A stretch of DNA of 51,753 nt from an uncultured Pseudomonadota bacterium. GTDB lineage: Bacteria; BMS3Abin14. Position 1 is the stretch's first letter, and every line of letters starts with the position of its first letter. Location: contig CAYVSA010000005.1 of NCBI GenBank assembly GCA_964454175.1, forward strand, positions 2,201 through 53,953, read 5' to 3'. The notes beneath the pieces were generated by a model. That model ran no database searches and was not told the DNA's origin. It was given only the letters and a program-made list of their open reading frames with translations. Shown piece after piece: positions 46,296 to 51,753 of this stretch. Made by a program: the position numbers and the translations under genes.

Positions 46296-47026
46296 TTCCT
46301 GGCCTCATCGGATCCGGAAAGCAGGTCCCCGGTATGAACGCTTACTGTCCCATCAGCGGTCAGCAGCACCAGGGAGCCGTCTTCATCAATAAATTTCGGG
46401 AGGCCAGTGATCTCACCATGACCGTTCCTGACAACCACCTGGTTCTCCCAATCTGCGTGGCTCGCCCACATGGTTCTGAGATGGTCCCACTCATGGCCTG
46501 TAAAGGAGCGGCTGTTTTTTTTCAGACTATTCACGATCCGCTCAAGCAGTGAACCCGGGTTCCAGTCTCCCTCTATCTCATCCAGTGCTCCAGTCCTTGC
46601 CTTGATCTCGATCGGGACAGCATCGGGATCCAGACTGATATTAATTCCCATACCAGCGACAATGTACAGTACTTTTTCGCCCTGGCTCTTCGCTTCAACC
46701 AGAACTCCTGCAACCTTACGGCCCAATAACAGGATATCGTTGGGCCATTTGAGGGAGAGTGGGGGTGTCCTGACACCCAGGGCCTCGAACAGTGCGTAGG
46801 ACACGACAGCCGGCATTCTGGTTAGAAAGCGCGGACTGATCTCAGGCCGCATGAGGACCGATAGATAGAGATTCCCCGGCGGAGAGTACCAGGTCCTGTC
46901 CTTTCGGCCCTTTCCTTTTGTCTGCTCCTCGGAGGTGACAACGGTCCACTCGGGGGCACCTTCCTCTGCCATTTGTTTGAGGATATCGTTAGTAGAGGTA
47001 ACTGATTTGTATCGGTGTATTTTCAT
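46292..47026 (-). CDS. birA: Biotin-protein ligase without DNA-binding HTH
   Basis: STND, EEQTKGKGR, KWPND, KVAGVL, GMGIN. Confidence 0.93.
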   Translation of the reverse strand: MKIHRYKSVTSTNDILKQMAEEGAPEWTVVTSEEQTKGKGRKDRTWYSPPGNLYLSVLMRPEISPRFLTRMPAVVSYALFEALGVRTPPLSLKWPNDILLLGRKVAGVLVEAKSQGEKVLYIVAGMGINISLDPDAVPIEIKARTGALDEIEGDWNPGSLLERIVNSLKKNSRSFTGHEWDHLRTMWASHADWENQVVVRNGHGEITGLPKFIDEDGSLVLLTADGTVSVHTGDLLSGSDEARK

Positions 47027-47099
47027 ATTGACCGAGTTGAGAGCGGAGTTTAGTGTTTCAGGTTGCAGAAATTCACACCCACCTGATTGGGAGATGAAC

Positions 47100-47945
47100 C
47101 TAATTTTCGGCTACAACATCCATCCCGATGTCCACAGCCGTGACAGAGTGAGTGAGGGCTCCCATTGAGATATAATCGACGACGCCCGTGCGCAGATACT
47201 GTTCAAGGTTTGATTCATTGACGCCGCCGGAGATCTCGACGAATGTTCCTTCACCAGCCAGTTCTGCAGCAATTTTTGCCTGTTTCGGAGAAAAGTTGTC
47301 CAGCATCACGATGTCCGCACCTGATTCAATGGCCTCCTTCAGACCATCCATATCCTCCACTTCCACTTCCACCGTCATCCCGTCAGGTGCCCGTTTTTTA
47401 GCCTTTGAGACCGCCTCTGTAATACTACCGCAGTAGGCAATATGGTTGTCCTTTATCAGTATCCCATCGTAGAGCCCCATCCTGTGGTTGCTGCACCCGC
47501 CAGTCCTCACAGCATACTTATCCAGCCATCTCCACCCGGGTACTGTTTTTCTGCTGTCTAAAACGACGACCCTCTGTGCGGCTCTTTCACTGATCCGCCT
47601 TGATGTTGTGGCTATGCCGCTCAGCCGCTGCAGGAAATTAAGGACAGTTCGTTCACCGGTAAGAATAGGGCCAAGCGGTCCGGATATTTGCGCCAGGGTC
47701 TGTCCGGTCATCACCACAGCACCGTCCTGATGCATGGTCTCGACCTCAATACGCGGGTCAACGGCCTCGTAAATACAGGCAGCAAGTCTCAATCCGCAGG
47801 CCACACAGTCTTCTCTGGGAATGATCTGCGCCTTCCCCAGGGCAGATTGGTCAACCAGGCTTTCAGTTGTTATATCTCCGTCGCCTATATCCTCGGCCAG
47901 CGCGGCATCGACCAGACGCATCACAGCTTCGGGAAAATCACGCAC
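47100..47945 (-). CDS. nadC: Quinolinate phosphoribosyltransferase
   Basis: ALAEDIG, ERTVLN, SRKT, NHRMGL, IKDNH, EVEV, MLDNF, SGG. Confidence 0.96.
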   Translation of the reverse strand: MRDFPEAVMRLVDAALAEDIGDGDITTESLVDQSALGKAQIIPREDCVACGLRLAACIYEAVDPRIEVETMHQDGAVVMTGQTLAQISGPLGPILTGERTVLNFLQRLSGIATTSRRISERAAQRVVVLDSRKTVPGWRWLDKYAVRTGGCSNHRMGLYDGILIKDNHIAYCGSITEAVSKAKKRAPDGMTVEVEVEDMDGLKEAIESGADIVMLDNFSPKQAKIAAELAGEGTFVEISGGVNESNLEQYLRTGVVDYISMGALTHSVTAVDIGMDVVAEN

Positions 47946-50589
47946 CCAACCGCTCCAGGCTTTCTTTCAGCTTGTCCTGAGCAACACGAAGCTCCTCAGC
48001 AATATCCCTGTTTTTCTGAACGACCTGGGTTGGAGCCTTTTTAAGGAATTGATCGTTTGACAGTTTTTTCTGCACCTTATCGAGGTCCGCAGATATCTTG
48101 CCCAGCTCCCTGCTAATCCTGTCTCTTTCCCCGTCAACATCAACGAGATCACTGAGCGGCATGTATATTTCCTCTCCCCTCACAACTGCCGAGACCGCTT
48201 CGGCCGGTATTTTTCCGGATCCGCTGATCTTCAAACTCGACAGGCCGGCCAGCCTCGTAATGTCTTCCTTACCCGCAGTCAGAACAGACGTTATCTCATC
48301 GTCTCTAGCAATGATCTCCAGGGGAACTTTTACCGCAGGCGCCACACCTGTTTCCAGCCGCAGGTTTCTGATGCCCGTGATGAAATCCCTGAGAATACTG
48401 ACGGATCTCAGGGAAGAATCATCAATTTCTTCTTCATCAGGCTCAGGGAAGGGTGCCTTCACAATAGTATCCCCTTCAACGGGCAGTCTCTGCCAGACTT
48501 CCTCCGTAACAAAGGGCATTACCGGGTGCAGAAGCCGCAGAGAGATCTCAAGGACATGGGCAGCGGTTCGGACTGTCTCCAGGCGTTTTTCTTCCCCCCT
48601 GGCCCCGTAAAGTGATGGCTTGGCAAGCTCAAGGTACCAGCTGCAGTACTCATTCCAGAAGAACTGATAGAGGGTGTTCGCGTAATCATTGAAGCGGTAG
48701 TCGTCCAGTGCGGCAGTGGCCTCAACGACAACCTCTGCCACCCTGCTCCGCATCCATTTGTTGTGCAGTTCTGAAGACACCGGCAGGGACTGGATCTGCT
48801 CACTGGACAGGTCCTGCGTAAAGGACAGAACCAGTTTTGAAGCATTCCACAGTTTGTTCACGAAGTGCCGGTATCCTTCTATCCTGTCCTCGGCGAGACG
48901 AACATCCCTTCCCATGGCCGCAAAGGCTGCCAGCGTGAAACGAAAAGCATCGGCTCCGTACTGGTCTATTATCACCAGGGGATCAATGATATTCCCCAGA
49001 GACTTGCTCATTTTACGGCCCTCAGCGTCCCTCACAAGAGCGTGAATGTAGACGTCCCTGAATGGCACGTCATCCATGATCTTAAGCCCCATCATTATCA
49101 TCCTGGCTACCCAGAAGAACAGGATGTCAAATCCGGTAACAAGACTGCTGGTGGGATAGAATTTTGAGAGGGCTTCGGTTTCCTCCGGCCACCCCATCGT
49201 GGAAAAGGGCCATAGTGCCGAAGAGAACCAGGTATCCAGTACGTCCTCCTCCTGTACAAGATCACCCGATCCGCACCTGGCGCACTCGGAAGGATCGATC
49301 ACCTCTACAATAATTTCACCGCAGTCCTGGCAGGTCCAGACCGGCATCTGGTGCCCCCACCATATCTGCCGGGATATGCACCAGTCCCTGATGTTGGTCA
49401 TCCATTCAAAGTAGGTCTTTTCCCAATTCACGGGAACAATTCTGACCCTGCCGTCGGAAACTGCTTTAATGGCAGGTTCAGCGAGGGTCTTCATCCTCAC
49501 GAACCACTGCCTGGATATAATGGGCTCGATGACTGTCTGACAACGGTAGCACCGCCCTACGGCGTGATCGTATTCCTCTACCTTTTCCAGAAATCCTCCC
49601 GCTTTCAGATCCTCAATCAATTTTTCCCGGCATTCATATCTGTCGAGACCTTCGTAGGAACTGCCTGCATCAGCTGTCATGGTTCCCTGTGGGGAAATAA
49701 CCGAGATCTTTTCCAGACCGTGTCTTTCACCTATCTCGAAATCGTTGGGATCGTGTGCGGGTGTGACCTTTACAGCACCAGTACCGAATTCCATGCTGCA
49801 GAAAGCATCGGCTATCATCGGGATATCACGTCCGGTCAGCGGCAGGCTGAACATCCCCCCCACCATGTCAGAGTAGCGGCTGTCTCCCGGATTAACAGCA
49901 ACAGCCGTGTCACCGAGCATAGTCTCTGGACGGGTAGTGGCAACGGTAACGTCGTTTTTCCCGGACCTGGAGGGATACCTGATGTGATAGAGAGCGCCCT
50001 TTGTGTCATGATGTTCCACTTCAAGGTCGGACAGGGCTGTCTGGCAGCGCGGACACCAGTTGATAATATAATCACCCTGATAGATCAAATCCTCACGATA
50101 CAGGCGGACAAAGACTTCGCGAACTGCGTGGGAAAGTCCTTCGTCCATGGTAAATCTTTCCCGTTCCCAGTCACATGATGCTCCCAGAGCCTTAAGCTGT
50201 TTGAGTATCACGCCGCCATAGTTTTCTCGCCATTGCCAAACCCGCTCGATAAAACCTTCGCGGCCAAGTTGGTGCCGGTCGATATTCTCAGTCGCAAGGT
50301 TCCTTTCCACAACATTCTGTGTCGCGATCCCGGCATGGTCTGTGCCGGGCATCCACAGTGTCTCAAACCCTTTCATTCTCTTGTAACGGATGAGTATATC
50401 CTGGAGGGTGTTATTCAGTGCGTGTCCCATGTGGAGAGAACCGGTTACGTTGGGAGGGGGGATGACAATGCTGTAGGGTTCGAGGGAGGAACTTTCATCG
50501 GCGTGGAAATATCCATTCTCAACCCAGAACTCATACCACTTTTTCTCGGATTCAGCGGGGTTGAAATGCTTGGGCATGGTTTTACTCAT
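47938..50589 (-). CDS. valS: Valine-tRNA ligase
   Basis: PPPNVTGSLHMGH, DHAGIATQ, DWCISRQ, KMSKS, C-terminal coiled coil. Confidence 0.98.
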   Translation of the reverse strand: MSKTMPKHFNPAESEKKWYEFWVENGYFHADESSSLEPYSIVIPPPNVTGSLHMGHALNNTLQDILIRYKRMKGFETLWMPGTDHAGIATQNVVERNLATENIDRHQLGREGFIERVWQWRENYGGVILKQLKALGASCDWERERFTMDEGLSHAVREVFVRLYREDLIYQGDYIINWCPRCQTALSDLEVEHHDTKGALYHIRYPSRSGKNDVTVATTRPETMLGDTAVAVNPGDSRYSDMVGGMFSLPLTGRDIPMIADAFCSMEFGTGAVKVTPAHDPNDFEIGERHGLEKISVISPQGTMTADAGSSYEGLDRYECREKLIEDLKAGGFLEKVEEYDHAVGRCYRCQTVIEPIISRQWFVRMKTLAEPAIKAVSDGRVRIVPVNWEKTYFEWMTNIRDWCISRQIWWGHQMPVWTCQDCGEIIVEVIDPSECARCGSGDLVQEEDVLDTWFSSALWPFSTMGWPEETEALSKFYPTSSLVTGFDILFFWVARMIMMGLKIMDDVPFRDVYIHALVRDAEGRKMSKSLGNIIDPLVIIDQYGADAFRFTLAAFAAMGRDVRLAEDRIEGYRHFVNKLWNASKLVLSFTQDLSSEQIQSLPVSSELHNKWMRSRVAEVVVEATAALDDYRFNDYANTLYQFFWNEYCSWYLELAKPSLYGARGEEKRLETVRTAAHVLEISLRLLHPVMPFVTEEVWQRLPVEGDTIVKAPFPEPDEEEIDDSSLRSVSILRDFITGIRNLRLETGVAPAVKVPLEIIARDDEITSVLTAGKEDITRLAGLSSLKISGSGKIPAEAVSAVVRGEEIYMPLSDLVDVDGERDRISRELGKISADLDKVQKKLSNDQFLKKAPTQVVQKNRDIAEELRVAQDKLKESLERLGA

Positions 50590-50605
50590 TTATGGTCCTC
50601 AACAT

Positions 50606-50641
50606 AAAAAGAGGGCTCACGGTATCCCGAAAAGCCCTCTT
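50606..50641 (-). terminator. Terminator-like hairpin between the RomR-like gene and valS
   Basis: AAGAGGGCT/AGCCCTCTT 9-bp stem followed by UUUU on the minus strand. Confidence 0.6.
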
Positions 50642-50661
50642 GTTCCTTAATTGCCCTGGGA

Positions 50662-51753
50662 TCAGGTTTCGCTTTTCATTTTAGAGATCGCCTCCCTGAT
50701 GAGCACTTCGGCAAGTTCAGGGATGACCTCCCACGCTACTTTCTCGGCCTTCTCCTCTGCTGCCTTTCTGATCAGTTCCCTGATAGCCGGGTCGTTCAGA
50801 TCAACGTGCGCACTTTTGGAAGGTCCAGTTACCGCCATTTCAGGCGGGGCTGGCTGTGCTGATGCAGCCTCAACAGGTGCCGGCGCCGGGGTGGGCGCAG
50901 GTACCGCATCCGTCAGTACCGGTGCCTGAATTTCACTCTCTATCGGGGGTGGGGCCGGCTCTTCGTGATGCGGTGCTGCCGGGATGTCCTGGACAGACAG
51001 GGATGGTGCGATCTCTTCTGCGGTGGGGACCCCTGGCCCTGCCTCTGAAGGCGAAAGGTCCTGAAATCCTTCGGACAGATCCGCCATGAACGCTTCAGGA
51101 GAGAGAGTTTCACCCGCAAGATCCTGATCGGCTTCAAGGGGGTCCGGTACTACCAATGAATGTGCGTCGCCCGTTGGGATAGAGACTGAGTCCTCCTGAA
51201 CTTCAAATGATATCTCCTCAATGGCATCGTCAAGATCAGCCAGGGAGGGGTCTACGCCATCCTGGCTTTCATCCAGCCCGAAGAAATCCCTCTCCCTGCC
51301 TTCAACCGGGCTCCTGTCAGGGTCTGCAGATGTCTCGGGAACCGCCGAAAAGACTACTTCTTCCGGTTCCTGAATCTGCCCGCCCGCGATCGGCACGTCA
51401 GGAGGAGCGGTTTCCCTGTCCAGCCCGACTTCAAAGCTGCCCACATCCACAACGCCTGCATCTTCCAGAGATCCGAAGGACGGTACAGATGTCTCGGCTT
51501 CCGTATGCGGCCCTGCAGCCGACTCAGGTTCGGGACTGGAAGCGACCTCGCCCAGGATGTCCCAGATATCGGGCTCACCCTGCGGAGCCGCACCGCCAGG
51601 GGAAGGCTCAAAGTCCATCGAATCCCCTAATCCAGCTGACAGGTCGTCCGAAACAGGCGCCGGTCCTGCCGGGGCCGGAGCCTGAACCTGCGGCTGTTCC
51701 CGCGGAATTTCCCGAGAAACCTGCTCGGGGGCCTTATCGGGCACTGCCTGCGG
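50662..51753 (-). CDS. RomR-like polarity scaffold, C-terminal part (5' end outside the window)
   Basis: Frame is open to the edge (CCG CAG GCA GTG..., so GTG 51744 need not be the start); acidic Pro/Ala-rich linker ending AEKVAWEVIPELAEVLIREAI, like the recalled RomR C-terminal helix EKIAWEVVPQLAETIIREEL; upstream of valS. Confidence 0.7.
   Translation of the reverse strand, partial: PQAVPDKAPEQVSREIPREQPQVQAPAPAGPAPVSDDLSAGLGDSMDFEPSPGGAAPQGEPDIWDILGEVASSPEPESAAGPHTEAETSVPSFGSLEDAGVVDVGSFEVGLDRETAPPDVPIAGGQIQEPEEVVFSAVPETSADPDRSPVEGRERDFFGLDESQDGVDPSLADLDDAIEEISFEVQEDSVSIPTGDAHSLVVPDPLEADQDLAGETLSPEAFMADLSEGFQDLSPSEAGPGVPTAEEIAPSLSVQDIPAAPHHEEPAPPPIESEIQAPVLTDAVPAPTPAPAPVEAASAQPAPPEMAVTGPSKSAHVDLNDPAIRELIRKAAEEKAEKVAWEVIPELAEVLIREAISKMKSET

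Overview
Mostly core-genome, almost entirely minus-strand window from a deltaproteobacterial-type organism (Desulfobacterota/Myxococcota-like, inferred from Geobacter-type SdhCAB, MglA-like, RomR-like and Hypr-GGDEF genes). Left to right: an exported coiled-coil gene (cut by the edge) behind a TetR-TolC-MFP-RND efflux operon with a perfect operator; a PLP trans-sulfuration enzyme; DUF4390-ntrY-ntrX-aminopeptidase-lhgO-like; a flavodoxin-like gene, SMUG1 and rubrerythrin; REC-PilZ; an exported ankyrin protein; a partial TCA operon (mdh, two-subunit fumarase, sucCD, korDABC, sdhCAB); aspS; DUF4388-REC-GAF; hisS; REC-GAF-GGDEF; comEC; an extended MglA-like GTPase; a helical-repeat hypothetical; a SPOR protein; an EF-G paralogue; coaX-birA-nadC-valS; and a RomR-like protein (cut by the edge). 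Best leads: (1) the GGDEF enzyme has the Asp-to-Ser Hypr signature (GHLVGS, GGDEY) of 3',3'-cGAMP synthases and is followed in the same gene run by a protein with MshEN-like motifs, a candidate cyclic-dinucleotide effector; (2) between aspS and mdh lie a promoter with stacked GTATAC palindromes, a ~145-nt structured RNA ending in a terminator, and an apparent remnant of the isocitrate dehydrogenase C-terminus; (3) a flavodoxin-like gene with no canonical start codon (probable ATT start) and a probably leaderless ntrYX operon; (4) several intergenic heptamer tracts. No rRNA, tRNA, CRISPR array or transposase was recognised. All calls come from motif reading by eye with no database search; literature comparisons are recalled and need checking.
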